DNA from: Sminthopsis crassicaudata
Lineage: Eukaryota
DNA: 64,000 nt
Direction: 5' to 3'
NCBI RefSeq assembly: GCF_048593235.1
Contig: NC_133620.1
Span: forward strand, 373,517,261 to 373,581,260
Each line of letters begins with the position of its first letter. Positions within the stretch are counted from its first letter, which is position 1. This document shows, in pieces, positions 1-13,068 of this stretch. The notes below the pieces were generated by a model. That model did no database searches and had not been told where the DNA came from. It was given only the letters and a program-made list of their open reading frames with translations. Made by a program: the position numbers and the translations under genes.

Positions 1-2114
1 GGGAGAGTACAGAATCTTTGTTTATGCCCAGTGCCAGGTGCTGGGGGGAGGGGGCGCAGGAAACCATTAGCTGGGAGGGGGAGAGCCCTGGCCTTTTCCG
101 TTCCCAAGTTCCCAGGTTTCCTCTCTTTCAGGAAGGAGCCTCTTCCTTGCCAACCTCCCCCCCTTTCTCCTCCTCCCATTTCCCAGAAGGAGAGTAATAG
201 TGAAATCAAAGAATTTCCCAATCCAGGGAGAGTGAATGAGGGGTGCCAAAGTCAAGCTGAGCTTTTGCCCCTGTCCATCTCACCCAGAAGATCAAACATA
301 TTTTGAATCGACATGATTCTAGATTCCAGATTCTAGGCCAGAAGGTGGGCCCCCAAGAAGCAAGGGCAGGTTGGTGTTGAGGCAGGCCCGACCTGGAACA
401 AGTTGAGATAGTTATGAGAGATGGACAATCGAGAAGCTTATATTGGAAATTATTGGCAGTGGGCAGCATTCTCCAGCAGTTTGGGAAGGAAACAGCCTTG
501 ATCTGAAGGAGCACATGCTTCTTTGGCCTTGAGCAGGAGTCTGAGGCCCTGCGGTGCAATGGTCACACAGGCTTTTCCCCCTGCCCTTTGGGGTGCCCAG
601 CGATGGATGGACAAGTTGCCCCCCACCAGGAATGTTAAGAAGAGAACAGCCACCTTGGCACATCTCACAGGCTCTGGGGGGCGCTGGGGCTGGGGCTCGT
701 GGTGGAGGCGGTGAGGGAGTGAGTCAGTGCTTGTCATGGGGAGAGGGAGAGAGACGCCAGCCCCAGAGCTGAAATACCTGTTCTGAAATGGCTTCTATGT
801 TTATCTCTCCAGAGAGGAATTTTAAAAGCCTCTCTCTCTTTTCTTCCCCGAGGTGGGGGAAGGGCCTGGGAATGCCCAGTCTGGTTGTAGGCAAGGCCCT
901 GCTGGACAGGTTCATGGCTGGTCTTGGGTGGCTCTGGGCACCCTTGCCCACTTCAGTCTCTTTGATATGTCCTGCCCCACTTCCCCATGCTCCCCGGGCA
1001 CTGATATGTTCTAGTAGGCAAGAAAGGTTACTGCCCTTCCTCCAGTTCTGGTGGTAGCTGAAAACATTTTGGAAAGCTGACCAGTTTGAGATGGCTACTC
1101 TTCCCGACGGGACCCCACCTGGCTTGGAGCCAGGTGTCTGGATTTGTGGGAGGAGGGGCAAGTGGGCAGTCAGGCTGGAGCCTGTAAAGCCTGGGGGCAA
1201 ATGTGGGGAGGGGGAGAAAGGAGGCAGGGAGACCTGCTCCTCCTTGGAAGGAAGCAGAGGGGAGCTACAGCTAATCAGAAAACTCCAGCATTTCTGGAAT
1301 TCTCCTCAGGGAACAAAAGTATGGATTTCAGGGACCAGGATATAAAGGAATAAGAAAACATGGAGAGTTTTTGGTGGGAAGGCCTGGTTGGAAGGGATTT
1401 TGGAAAAGCGCAAGAGAAGGGAAAGAGGAGAGAGGTATTAGATTTAAATGGCTTTAAAGAGCTTTTGAGATTGCAAGGTGAGCTGTGGAGGTGATTTTGA
1501 GAGATAGTGTAGATAAAAAAGATCTGAGCCAGAGTTGGGAGGATATATAGGATATGGGTAAAAGCGCTTTATTTGATGGATCAGATATACATTTGTGGGA
1601 AGTAGTACTGAACTGGAGACAGGGCTGCAATCACACTAGTGCTTGGAGAGGTTCAGGGGCAACAGGAAGAAACTATTCTTGCAGTTATTTTTATATGTGC
1701 CGTAATGATTTTAGAGTTCTTTCTCTCTACATCTCTCTCCCTTCTTCACTTCCTGTGTCCCTCTTTTTCTCTCCTATCTATCTAGCTATGTATGTCTGTC
1801 AGAGGAATAGAAGTAATGGATGTCTCAATAAAATAAGGATACAAATGTTAGTGTAGATTTGGGGGAAATTTTGAAAGAGAGAAGGGAAGACAGGGAGAAA
1901 TCAGAAATGAAAATTGTATGCTTTTGACCATTTTGGTGGCCTGGACTTCTTTATCAGGATGGTAAACTTTATGAATCCCTTCTCAGGGATGCTCAAGAGA
2001 GAATATATAATATTGTAAAGGAAATGAGTTATACTGGTTATCAGAATATTAAAAATAGAATTTATGGAACCTAGGTTAAGAATCCCTATACTGGGGGCTA
2101 TTGAGGGAGGAGCT

Positions 2115-2360
2115 AGAGTCTGGGCAGTGGATAGAGTGTGGGACCTGAAGTCAAAAAGACTCATCTAATTGAATTCAAATCTAGCCTCAAATACTTAATA
2201 GCTGTGTGATCCTGGGCAAGTCATTTAATCCTATTTGCATCGATTTCCTCATCTATAAAATGAACTGGAGAAGGAAATAGCAAATCACGCTAGTATCTTT
2301 ACAAGAAAATCCCAAGTATGATTACAAAGAAATGGATACAATTGAACAAGCACAACAACA
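2115..2360 (+). mobile_element. CORE-SINE (MAR1/MIR-like)
   Basis: CORE segment ttcaaatctagcctcaaatactta..gctgtgtgatcctgggcaagtcatttaa..tttcctcatctataaaatga plus the MAR1-type tail ggagaaggaaatagcaaatcac..agtatcttt..caagaaaa..acaacaaca. Family assigned from memory. Confidence 0.75.
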
Positions 2361-2785
2361 TTGAGAGATTGATATTTGGGAATTTAGTGGAGAGTTATTC
2401 AGGGGAGGAAAATAGCTTTTAAGATTTTCATAGTGAGATTTAGGGGACGAAAGCAACTTTTAGAGCTTTCTTGGTGACATTTTTCAGGGCATGGTATAAA
2501 ACTAGAAAGGGAACATTTAACATAGATAATAGAGCTATAAAATAATAGATAAAATTAAAAAGCTCAATATCAATGAAATATTACATAAAATCAGAATGCT
2601 TTCCCTCTCACTGAAGGTCTCGAGACTGAGGTTAGATGTCCACTTATTGGGTGTGTTATAGAAGGAATTCTTTGAGGAATGATCTTAGATTGCATTATGT
2701 GGCTAAAAAGGAACCTTTTTTGAATTCTACAATTTTGCAATTGGATTCAAGCTGACCGTCTTTTTTTCCTCTGCTCTATGTACAG

Positions 2786-4800
2786 ATTTCAGAATGAAGA
2801 CTATACAGTCTATGTCCAACTAAACGATTACTTGGACATCATCTGTCCACATTACGAGGATGAGTCTGTGACCCCAGATGCCATGGAGCGTTACACACTG
2901 TATCTGGTGGAGCAGGAGGAGTATCAAGAGTGCCTGCCTCGGTCCAAGGAACAAGTTCGATGGCAATGTAACCAGCCCAATGCCCGGCATGGTCCTGAGA
3001 AGTTATCTGAGAAGTTCCAACGTTTTACCCCCTTTACCCTGGGAAAGGAATTCAAAGAAGGACACAGCTACTACTATATTTGTGAGTCAGTGGACAGACA
3101 TATTGGCATGTGGGGAACACAGTGTGGAAAGCAATAAACGTGAGGCAGGAGAACATCTCTAGGGAGGGAGGATGGGTTTGGCTAGAGCACATGAGTATTC
3201 TGACCGGGATGAGAATGGAGTGGGCAGCCAGGAATCTGCCTCTAGATCCACTTCCTGGGACTACATTTGTCAAAAGTCGCTCAGATTCTACTCTTCAGGC
3301 ATCAGAGGTCAGGGGTTCCCTGGCAATACCAAACACCTGTACCAGAGGAGCTCAGCCCGCCCACCTTAGATTAGCTGGATCAAAGGAACGTTTTATGAGG
3401 TGTCAGGTACACATTAAGCAGGAAAACAATATCACCAACAGAACAAAGCAAAGTACATATTCTAATCTCAGGTAGAACTGATCACAACACTTCCATTAAC
3501 TTGTATTAGGGATCATTTTCTTATTTCTTTACACCCTCCCCTTTCCAGATAAGACAGCACTTTTTATTGCTATGGCCCTTCTCATTAAAGCTTTACAACA
3601 GGTTATGTTTTTCATGTCCCTACTCTTCCTTATTTGGGGAATTGGTTTCCAGGATATGAGCCTGAAGACTCAAGAGAACATATACAGATCATTAATACCC
3701 AGGCACTTTCATCCATTAAGGAAACTATTAATATCCAAGTATCATCAACAGTCTTAGAGATGCATTTCCTTAGAAGCATTAAGAAAGCCAGGAGCTAGGA
3801 AAAACAAGGGACAAATGGGTGGAACCAGGATTTTTCTTTGAAGGGGGGCCCCCCTCCTCACCACAATATGGGTGTCTTTTGCAGCCAAACCCCTCCATCA
3901 CCATGGCGACCAGTGTCTAAGATTGAAAGTGACTGTCGGTGGCAAAATCAGTGAGTATATGGGCTGTTTGTGTTAGTTCTGCTGCCCACCCTCTATATAT
4001 CAATATCATAGGTGGAAAAGAGGAAAGAGGCATTAAATCTGAAGTAAAGGGACTTGGATTTTAATCCTGACTTGTTTACTTGGTTGCCTCTGAGACACTG
4101 GATGTGTACAACAACCTCCCTGAGCCTCCAGTTACTTAATTGAGAAATAAAGGTTGAATCATGTGATTCTCCAAATGCAGGACTATTGGTATGGATAGAA
4201 GTTGCGGGGGGCTTCCCAGTTCAGAATAGGGGGTCCCTCCTCTCCCTCCCCTTGCCAAATTGCTGTGTCTGCCCTCTCAATCCCCTCTCTTCATGTCTTC
4301 CAGCTCACAGCCCCCAGGTGGATGCCAATTCACAGAATGAGAATCGACTTTCAGCAGGTGGGTAGAAAGGGGTGGGATGAGGCAGAAGAGGGAGGCTCTC
4401 ACTTGATATGTGCTGGTGGTCTTGACTGCACAGGGATTGGTGATAGAGATGGCCAGAGCAATGTGACAGGCACCCCTACAGCAGCTGTGTGCTTTCTCAC
4501 TAAAGGGGTGCCTCTAGCGTGCTCTCTGAGACAATTTGGTCTAGTGGAAAAATGGATTCAGAGTGAAAGGCATTTCCCTTCTCTCATGCTTCAGTTTTCC
4601 TCATCCTTAAAGTAAGATGATGGGGTTAGATTATTTCTAGTATATGTACCCTCTCTGAATATATGATTTTTCTCTCCCTCCTTCCAGATGATGCATATGT
4701 CCAGGTCCTGCATAGTATTGGACACAGTGCTGCCCCTCGGACCTTTCCAATTGCCTGGGTTGTGCTGCTTCTGCCCCTCATACTGCTTCATACCCCCTGA
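2786..4800 (+). CDS. EFNA1: Ephrin-A1, GPI-anchored Eph ligand; 5'-partial, coding exons 2-5
   Basis: Exons 2786-3081 (296 nt), 3885-3950 (66), 4304-4357 (54), 4688-4800 (113, TGA), all flanked by AG/GT and in frame. Peptide FQNEDYTVYVQLNDYLDIICPHYE...PEKLSEKFQRFTPFTLGKEFKEGHSYYYI/SKPLHHHGDQCLRLKV...HSIGHSAAPRTFPIAWVVLLLPLILLHTP matches the ephrin domain and GPI signal of ephrin-A1. The signal-peptide exon is not in the window. Confidence 0.97.
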
Positions 4801-5461
4801 GGGTGAGCATCAATCCCAGCTTTTGAGGACTAGAATTGGGCTGGGGAAAGAGGGGGTAACAGCCCCTTTCCAAGGGAGAAAACTGGAATTCTCTGCCCAA
4901 GGAACTCTGGCGTAGTACAAACCTGCCACCCTGGTGGCGTGGGTCAGTATTAGGGTGCCAGGAAAGATTGGCAGTGCCAACTTGTCCTGCCCCCATGGTT
5001 GAGAGGACACAGATCTCTTCATTTCTCCTGTTTTGCCAAAGATCAAGAATCTGAAATTAACCAAAGGCAGCTTCTCTTAGAAGTAGGAAGCTTATGGATG
5101 GACCTAGGGGATGAAGAACCGGGAGTGCCCAAGATGGAACTCTAAAGGAAGAGAAAGAGAAACTGAGCTTTTCATGTGGGAGGGGGAAGATGGGGAGAAG
5201 GAAGCATTTTGTGTGCGCCTAGTCTGCCTTCCCTACACACTCACATACAATTCCATCTGTAATGCCATATTGGCAAAAGGTTACAGCTTGGGCTCTCCCA
5301 ATTCAGAGTCACCGCTCTGGGGGCTATCTCAGAGCAATGCCAGGCAGTCCAGGAGGGGCAGTGCCCCAACATGTGCTGTGTAGAAGGGCAGTGCCCATTG
5401 TGTGTGTATGTATATGTATATATATTTGTGTATAAAATCTCTCCTTGGAGAGATTTCTACA

Positions 5462-5467
5462 ATTAAA
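5462..5467 (+). terminator. Probable EFNA1 polyadenylation signal (ATTAAA)
   Basis: ATTAAA ~660 nt after the stop, followed by a GT/T-rich element (gttgttttt). Confidence 0.55.
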
Positions 5468-5909
5468 GTTGTTGTTTTTACATAAGTGATCTTTGTCAGA
5501 ATGAAATTATGTGTTGTATTCTTTGGATGCCCTCCGCCCCCTCAGTGAACAGGTTGAAGACCTTTGTCAGGCTACTTCTCTGTCTGTGTGGGACCACCTC
5601 TCCCCTAGCCTGAATGTTTAAGAACTTCTCCTTTTGAAGCAATAGGGTGTATGTAGGGAGAAGGACACTAGATTGGGATTGGGTGATTGGAATCCCAAGG
5701 GCTGGTTTGTCATTTATTAGCTGAGGGTCTTAGGAAAGTCACTGGAAAGTCATAGCTACTCTGGGCCTTGGTCTCATCTGTAAAAGGAGGCAATTGGGTT
5801 ATCTGATCATTTCTATAAACTTTATTTGTTTTGTTGCTATATTTTAAGTTCTGAATTGTCTTCCTCTCTCTGCACCCCATATTAGAGAAGGCTATTATTT
5901 GACACAGAT

Positions 5910-5911
<2 letters not shown>

Positions 5912-5960
<49 letters not shown>
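5912..5960. repeat. (TG)n microsatellite, ~24 units
   Basis: Uninterrupted TG run read directly. Confidence 0.97.
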
Positions 5961-5963
<3 letters not shown>

Positions 5964-7500
5964 GTTAAATATACATATTTCTCTATCAGTTGTTTCTCTG
6001 GAGGTGGGTAGCATATTCCTTCAAAGGTCCTCTCTTTGATTTGAATATTTATAATACTCAGAATAATTTAGTTGTTTACAGTTCTTTGGACAATATTGCT
6101 GTTACTCTATCCAACATTCTCTCAGTTCTGCTCATTTCATTCTTCATTATTTCATGCAAGACTTCCCATGTTTTTCTAAAATTAGCCAGCTCATTTCTTC
6201 CAGTACAAGAGTATTCTATCCCAGTGACATACCACAACTGTGTAACCATTCCCCAGTTGGTGGCCATCCCCTCAATTTCTAGTTCTGTCACTTGGGTCAT
6301 CTGTTTTTTAAGAAGGCCCCTTCAGTTTTATGTCTATGATTGATTCACTTATGAATGTTTAGAAGTCAGTGTTTCTCATCATTTGCCATCATCTTTAAAA
6401 TTTTCTCCTCTGCAAAATGAGGACCCAGATACTTCCAGCTCCAGCCTATGCTCCTTCCATAGTCAAGAAGCTTTTGTTGTCCAACCTCCTGTTCCTTCTA
6501 CCTCCAAGCCCTTATTTCGTTCTCCCGGAGAGTGGGAGTCCAGTCCATTCCCTGAATCATTCTTCCTGCATTCCCAGATTTTCGGAGGCAATTTTCTCTC
6601 TTGCCCCTCAGAAACATAAGAGACTTTTCCCGGGCTCTTCTCCTTTCCCTTTAGATACTAGAGTTGGTCAGAAGCCTTGGGTTTATATCTCTGAGGTGCT
6701 CAAAATGCCTGGGGTCTTGATCTGGGCAGGGAAAGGGTGAATCAGCTGTGGCACAGGGTAACGCCGGTACTATGTATGGTATGTGGGTGGAAACATCTCA
6801 GGTCCCAAGACCATGTGGGAGGTGGAAAGAGAATTCCAAGCTCAGCAAACTCGCACACTGTAGGTACTTCATCCACAAGCTTTCCAATTGATCAGGTTAT
6901 ACCATTATGGTGAGGTGTGTCAGCTTTAGGGAGGACCCTCCACCTGTGCAGATCATACATCAGCCACCGAGGTGAAGTTTCTGTTCCCAATTGCCTCAGA
7001 AGCAGAAATGGTTAAGTGACTTGACAACAATCATAAGGCCAGGTTTCCCTGATTCCTCCATAATTGGGCCCCCACCTATTACCTAATATTCCTCCCCTTC
7101 CAGCTCTCCAAACTGTTCTTAATATCCCTGCCTCTTCACAATCTTACCTCTACTCAAAGTCTTTAGTCATGGCTGCCCCGGGTCTGGAATGCACATACTC
7201 TTCCTCTGCATAGTTTAGATTCCTTTATAAGGGGTTTGGTAAATGCCCCCTCCTGCATGAGGCTTAGTCCCCACAGCCGCTAGGACCTTCCCCTCACCTC
7301 CCTCCATCTCCTGCCCCCAAAGTTAACAGATGTTTAAAGTGCCTCTAAAACAGAAGGGGCTTAATAAATGCTTGTTCCTTTTCCACATCCCTATGTGTTC
7401 CTGGAGAGAATATAAGCTCCTGAGGTGTCAGAATTTCATTTTTGCCTAGCACAGTGCTCAGCATGTTGTCTGCTCAGTGGTCCCTCATGTCCTCCTGACT

Positions 7501-7690
7501 TTTTTTTTTTTTAATAGTTTTTATTTACAAGATATGCATGTGTAATTTTCCAGCATTGACAATTGCAAAACTTTATTTTTCCCCTCGTTCCCCCACCCCT
7601 CCCCCAGATGCATGTTGAATATGTTTAAGTATAAATTAAGTACAATATATGTATACATGTCCAAACCGTTGTTTTGCTGAACAAAAAGAA
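7501..7690 (-). mobile_element. Marsupial L1 3' end fragment
   Basis: Poly-T followed by the reverse complement of the marsupial L1 3' UTR (cagcattgacaattgcaaaac...ccccacccctcccccagatg...). Confidence 0.75.
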
Positions 7691-8199
7691 TCCATGTCCC
7701 GACTCTCCGTGACCCTGGGCCCCCCAGTACCATCCATGGGATTTTCTTGTCAGAGGTCCTGGGATGCTCTGCCAAGCCCTTCCCCAGGGGAGGGAGACAT
7801 GGGGTAAGTGACCGGTCACTTACCGGCCCAGGCTCACTCAGCTGCGATTTGAACCCGGGACACTCCCCGCTCCAGGCCGGTACGAGGTGAGGAGACTGGC
7901 CCAGGCTCACACCACCAGTGCGTGTCTGGGCCACTCCTGAACTCGGGTTTTCCTGCCTCCGTCACTGAACCACGCAACTGCCTCTCACGCCTGGGCCTGG
8001 CACACAGTAGGAATCCAATAAATGCTGATTGATTAGTTGGCGCAAAGCCCTCCCCTCTGTCTCTTACTGCCTCCGGTTGGAGCAGGAGAAGAGACCCTGA
8101 CTGCAATATTATCCCGGACCGTAGCTAGCCGTGGGAACTCGGACAAATTACATCACCTCTCTCAGATTCTCTTACTCTATCTGTAAAATGGGCACGATT

Positions 8200-9200
8200 C
8201 TTGGAGGACACACCTCCCAGGGTCGGGGCGAGAAATCGGACCAGATAACGTCTGCAAACTACTTTGGGGCCCTCCAGTCGCCGGCAACGTCTGCCATTAC
8301 TGCTGCACACCTGCCACGTGGGAAGCTCTGTGCCACTTCCTGGTCCGGGCTGCCCGGAGGGAGGGGGCAGTACAGAGTGTTCAGGGAATGATTCCGCGAG
8401 TGGGTGGGGGAAGGCGAGGTCTCTCGAGCTGGGTGTCAAATCGATCAACAAACATTTAAGGAACTCTTGTTATGCCCGTGCACGGCGGCGTGGGAAGCCC
8501 GTCTCCCCGAGTTCTAGCAGCTGGGGAGGCGGCTGGTAAGGGCTGGCAAGGGCTGCCAAAGTGCTGCCGGCCGGGGCACGTCCGGGATGCGCAGGGTGGG
8601 GAGCGGGTCGGTCTCGGTATTCGGAAAGGGGGCGGGGCCAGGTTCCGTAGATTGCTGCGGGGGCGGAGCTCGAGGCGGGGCCGGGGCTCCGAGGATCAGG
8701 GAGCCACGCCTGAGAGTTCAGGCCTCTGGCTGGGGCCGAGATGATGGAGGCTGCAGCGGCTCCGGACACGCTCCTCTCCGGGGCTTGCGTGCTTTTCACC
8801 CTCTGCATGTTTTCTACCGGCCTGTGAGAACCGAACCGGGGCTGGGGGCTGGAGCCTAAAAGGCCCCGAGGGGGAAATGAAACCAGGGAAGAGGTCCCAG
8901 GTCTGGGAACTTGGAGCCCCAAGTTCAAATTCAAGTTCAAGTCCACGATCCCCCCCCCACCACGACCGCGACGTGGTGGGCTCCGTTGCTTCCGGTGTAG
9001 GAGGGGGTGGAGCTAAGGGATTGGGGTGGGGCTTAGGGAAGAAGTGAGCGGCCTGGAAGGTGAGGATTTGAGTTCGACCCCAGGAGGTCCCAGCAGGGGA
9101 GGGTCTCCCCCTGGTCCCAGCCCCAGGCCCAGCATCCTTCCTAACCCTCCCATTCCGTTACAGCTCGGACCTCCGGCACATGCAGACCACCCGGAGTGTG
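8200..9200. promoter_or_regulatory. CpG island / SLC50A1 promoter and first exons
   Basis: High GC and CpG density, GC boxes (ggggcgggg ~8629), ETS-like cttccggt (~8989), CACGTG E-box (~8315). Confidence 0.75.
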
Positions 9201-11246
9201 AACAATATCCAGTTCCTGCCCTTTCTCACCACGGATGTCAAGTGAGGCTGGGAAAGGGATTTTGCAAGATGAGAGGGAGGAGAGGGAGAAAACAGGGAGG
9301 GGAGGCTTCCAGCTTCTGGCCTTTGGGTGCCGGGGCTAAAGCAGCCTCTCTCTTTCTATCATCTGCCTCACCTGCAGCAACCTAAGCTGGCTGAGCTACG
9401 GGCTTCTCAAGGGAGACAAGACGCTCATCGTGGTGAACTCAGTGGGAGCCTTGCTCCAGACTCTCTATATTCTGACCTATCTCCGCTACTGTCCCCGAAA
9501 GGTAGAGGCTAATCCCATCCCTCAGCCTCTAAAGCCCTTTGGAGTACTGCCACGTTGGCCAAGCAATGTCCACATTTCCTAGAATTCTCCTCGGGCTCCA
9601 TATTACCGCCTTTTCCTGGAGGGCTATCTTAGCTGGGCTCCCTACTCCCAGGAAGCCTTCCTGTATTATATTCTTTTCTCCCTCAGGGTCTGATCCCTAA
9701 CAGTATTCCACAATTGTTGAATTGAATTGCTTCATGCTTCCTTAGCACCGATCCAATTCAATTTAGCATCTATTAACCCTAAGTATCTGCAGAACCATCT
9801 GGCTGTGGTAATATAGATGAGAAATGTGGAAGAGGGGATGTCTAGGTGCTAATTACCTGGAGGTCATTTCTTTAACAGGTATACACATACATATACAAAT
9901 ATGTGTGCTGCCTATCCATCAGATTAGGGGGCTTCCTAGTTGGCTTTTAATATGTGTATTTCTTGTTTTAAATATATATATATGTGCATGTGTGTATGGG
10001 CTCCCTATCCATCAGATTTAAGCATATTCCCTATTTTAAATATATATATGTAATATATATTATAAATATGTGTGTGTGCTCCCTATCCATCAGATTTAGG
10101 AGTTTCCTGAATGATTCCTTCTTCAGTTTACATCCCCTCAAGTGGCTAGGACAGAAATAGAGATTTGGGCATTGCTGAGGTTTGGGGTAACTGACCCCAT
10201 TTTTCCTTCCCCCCACAGCGCACTGTCCTCCTGCAAACTGCTGCCCTGCTAGGTCTTCTCCTCTTGGGTTATACCTACTTTCAGCTCCTGGTGCCTGACT
10301 GGACTTCCAGGCTGAGGCAGCTGGGCCTCTTCTGTAGCATCTTCACCATCAGCATGTACCTGTCACCCTTGGCTGACCTGGTGGGTTCACTGTGGAGGGA
10401 GAGTTAGGAAGGAGTCATGGATGCAGAGGTGCTAGTTTTCCTGTCTGAAAAGGAGTAGATACTAAAGAGAAGGGAGTGAAGGTGGAGAAGGACACTGTTT
10501 CTTTCAGCAGCACAGAAGTAGGGACCCTGGATTGGAATGGGAGGAATACAAAAATAAAAGAAAGTGTCCTTCAAGTAGGGGAGGGGGAATAAACTAATAA
10601 TAATAATAATAAAAAAAATAAAAGATTGTAGAATAAACTCTGAATTTGGAGTGAGAACATTGAGGTTTAAATTCTGAATCTGCTGATTTCAGCCCCTGTG
10701 ATGTGGAACAAGGTTCTTTCTTTTATCAGACTTTCAGTTTTCTCATCTCTAAATTGAAGTCAGGCTCTTAAATTCTCAAATCCTTTGGCTCCTGTGAACT
10801 TTACTGCCTGGAGGTTATGGAGAGAGATTCCATTACCTAGGTTAGAGAAGAGAAGGTGCTGCATTGAACAGAGGCAGGGGAAAGGATATGATGACCTTCT
10901 TGGGAGGACGTGAAGAGCATTAATGACATCCTTCCCCACAGGCCAAGATCATTCAGACCAAGTCCACTCAATGCCTGTCCTTCTCTCTCACTGTGGCTAC
11001 CCTCCTTGCCTCTGCTTCCTGGACTCTCTATGGCCTCCACCTCAGAGACCTCTATATTATGGTGAGCCAGGACAGAAACAGTATGGAGTATACAGCGTGG
11101 GAAATCAGCCCCTCACTTTATTTCAACTTCTTGTTTCTTTCCAGGTGCCCAACATACCAGGAATTCTTACTAGCCTGGTACGCCTGGGGCTTTTCTGGCA
11201 ATACCCCCAGGTTCAAGAAAAGAACTACAGTCTTCTTCAAACCTAA
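8744..11246 (+). CDS. SLC50A1: Sugar transporter SWEET1 (MtN3/saliva family), 221 aa
   Basis: Exons 8744-8823, 9164-9241, 9378-9501, 10219-10380, 10942-11061, 11145-11246 total 666 nt, all GT-AG. MEAAAAPDTLLSGACVLFTLCMFSTGL/SDLRHMQTTRSVNNIQFLPFLTTDVN/NLSWLSYGLLKGD...SPLADL/AKIIQTKSTQCLSF...VPNIPG. A second in-frame ATG sits at 8741. Confidence 0.97.
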
Positions 11247-11501
11247 GGATGGCCGAGGGCATATCATACCTATCTTTTCACCTGTCACCTTGGTGCCAAC
11301 CTGTTGCCAAAGACTCTTCAGCTAGGCCTCCTTGGTTAACCTCTTAAGTCACGGTGGGGTGGAGTGGAAGAACAGCCTTCTTTGGAAGCAGAGGGACCAA
11401 AATTAGAGCTTTTATTTGGGAGGGATTTTCATGTTTATTTTTGAGAGATTATTTTTTTAATGTGAGGTTGGGATAGTATTTAGTTCCATTCTGTGCCTTA
11501 T

Positions 11502-11507
11502 AATAAA
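11502..11507 (+). terminator. SLC50A1 polyadenylation signal AATAAA
   Basis: AATAAA ~255 nt after the stop, with a downstream T-rich tract. Confidence 0.7.
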
Positions 11508-12507
11508 CTATTACATACGTAGCCTTTCTCTGTACTCCTCGGTCTGTTCTCTGTGATTCCACCAAATTGAGAAATCAAGGAAAAGAGGTGACCAGTGGAA
11601 ATATCAGAATTTGGGTTAGGGGAAAGATTTTGAAAATGAGAGGTGAAGAGGAAGCATTTAAGAGGAAAGTAGAGATTAGAGAAGTTAATTTTGAAGCTAG
11701 ACTTCAGGACTTCCTAGAAGAATGAGGAAATATATCTGAAGGAGCAGGAGAGACTGCAGGGGGTGATTTAACAGTTCTATCCTGGAAAATAATGAAAAGA
11801 ATCTTATTCCTCTTGGACTATGCTGTGGGGCCTTCTGGTGATTGATAGAATGAACTCGGGAAGGCCCATGCCATACTCAGTGCTGCAAAGGACGCACAGT
11901 ATTATTGCCTTTGGTAAAGAAAGCGAGCCCTCCATCTCTGCTCATGGCCGGTGCTCCCCAGAGGATTTGCACAAGGGTTGGAGTCCTTGCTCTGGGCCTC
12001 TGAGCTTTTAATGGGCACAGCCGGGAGCTGCACGTCAGCAGCAGATTGGAGCAGATTAGAGTCCTTGAGGTCCTTCCTAACGCTCCATCTGACGGCCTGA
12101 GGAAAGCTTTGTGAACTCCGATGGGGGAAAGCTACATTTCCAGCAGCCTTCGGTTTCCTGCTAAATCTTACGCGTTTTGCTTTATGTATTTAGAAAACTT
12201 TGCTTTGAAGGGTCCCTAGGCTTCCCCAGGCTGCCAAACACACCCATAACTCAGAAAAACTTTAACGCGGGAAGCAAGCTCTCACAGGGAGCCAGTTTCC
12301 CGGTTCTGCCCCTCCAGCGGCCTCTCCATCCCCCACTTTCTCCCCGTTTCTTTCTCCTGTTTCTCCATCTTCTGCCCAGGTCTCCGCAGGCGTGGCCCCC
12401 TCCCCCCATTTCTCTGCCCCGGAAGAGTTCCAAAGCAATGAGAAAAGCCACATTTACTCTTTTAATTTGGCGGAGGAGGGCCCGGGGGGCCGGCCCGGGG
12501 CGGGTGG

Positions 12508-12786
12508 TCACAGTTTGAGGCCCTTGCTAGCCAGGTCAGCCTGCGCTTCCTGGATCTGCAGGAACAGTTCTTGGGCCGCCTCCTCGCAGTCATTGAAACT
12601 GGCCAAGCGCAGCCCCAGCGTGGCCAGGCTGTAGCTACCCGCCGTGACCAGGAGGTAGACGGGCAAGGGCACCAGCACGTCGTGGAACTGTTTGCTGTAC
12701 CCCAGGTGGAGCAGGTCCTGCACCAGACACAGCCAGATGAGCGTCAGCGCCAGCAGCGTGGAGACCCACTGCTCCAGCTTGGTCAT
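12508..12786 (-). CDS. DPM3: Dolichol-phosphate mannosyltransferase subunit 3, 92 aa, single coding exon
   Basis: MTKLEQW...PLPVYLLVTAGSYSLATLGLRLASFNDCEEAAQELFLQIQEAQADLASKGLKL*. The C-terminal coiled coil matches DPM3. A 5' UTR intron is predicted at 12792-12933 (GTGAG...CTAG). ATTAAA on the minus strand at 12461-12466. Confidence 0.96.
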   Translation of the reverse strand: MTKLEQWVSTLLALTLIWLCLVQDLLHLGYSKQFHDVLVPLPVYLLVTAGSYSLATLGLRLASFNDCEEAAQELFLQIQEAQADLASKGLKL

Positions 12787-13023
12787 GGTCACTAGTGGGG
12801 AGGAAGGAAGCGCGGCTGCAGTGAGCAATGCAGCCCGGGGGCTGCGGGACGCCCCTTCCCCGCCCCCCCCCCCGCCGCTCCCCCCCCCAGCTCCGCTCCC
12901 CAGCCCTTCCCCCACAAACCCCTTTCCCCTCACCTCGCAACTCCTATCGCGGGTAAGAAAGGAAATGCCCTTCCACAATTCTCTAGCGAGGCTGTAAATC
13001 TAACCAGGAAAGCCGAGCCCTCC

Positions 13024-13068
13024 GCGCATGCGCCGCTATCTGTGAGGCTTCATGGGACTTGTAGTTTT
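13024..13068. promoter_or_regulatory. DPM3 promoter: NRF1 palindrome plus ZNF143/ACTACA motif
   Basis: GCGCATGCGC at 13024-13033. Minus strand AAAACTACAAGTCCCATG at 13051-13068 fits the ACTACAnnTCCCA housekeeping motif. Both lie in a CpG island (~12400-13450). Confidence 0.75.

Noticed and set aside
1-2785. EFNA1 exon 1 (signal peptide); ORF 788-1057 contains WLWAPL
   Set aside because: The resemblance is coincidental: there is no DRHTVFWNSSN-like motif and no suitable donor. This region is intron 1.
12787-12978. N-terminally extended 156-aa DPM3 ORF, like the long human isoform
   Set aside because: The extension starts at TTG, contains no ATG, and runs through the GC-rich 5' UTR intron (12792-12933), where open frames are expected.
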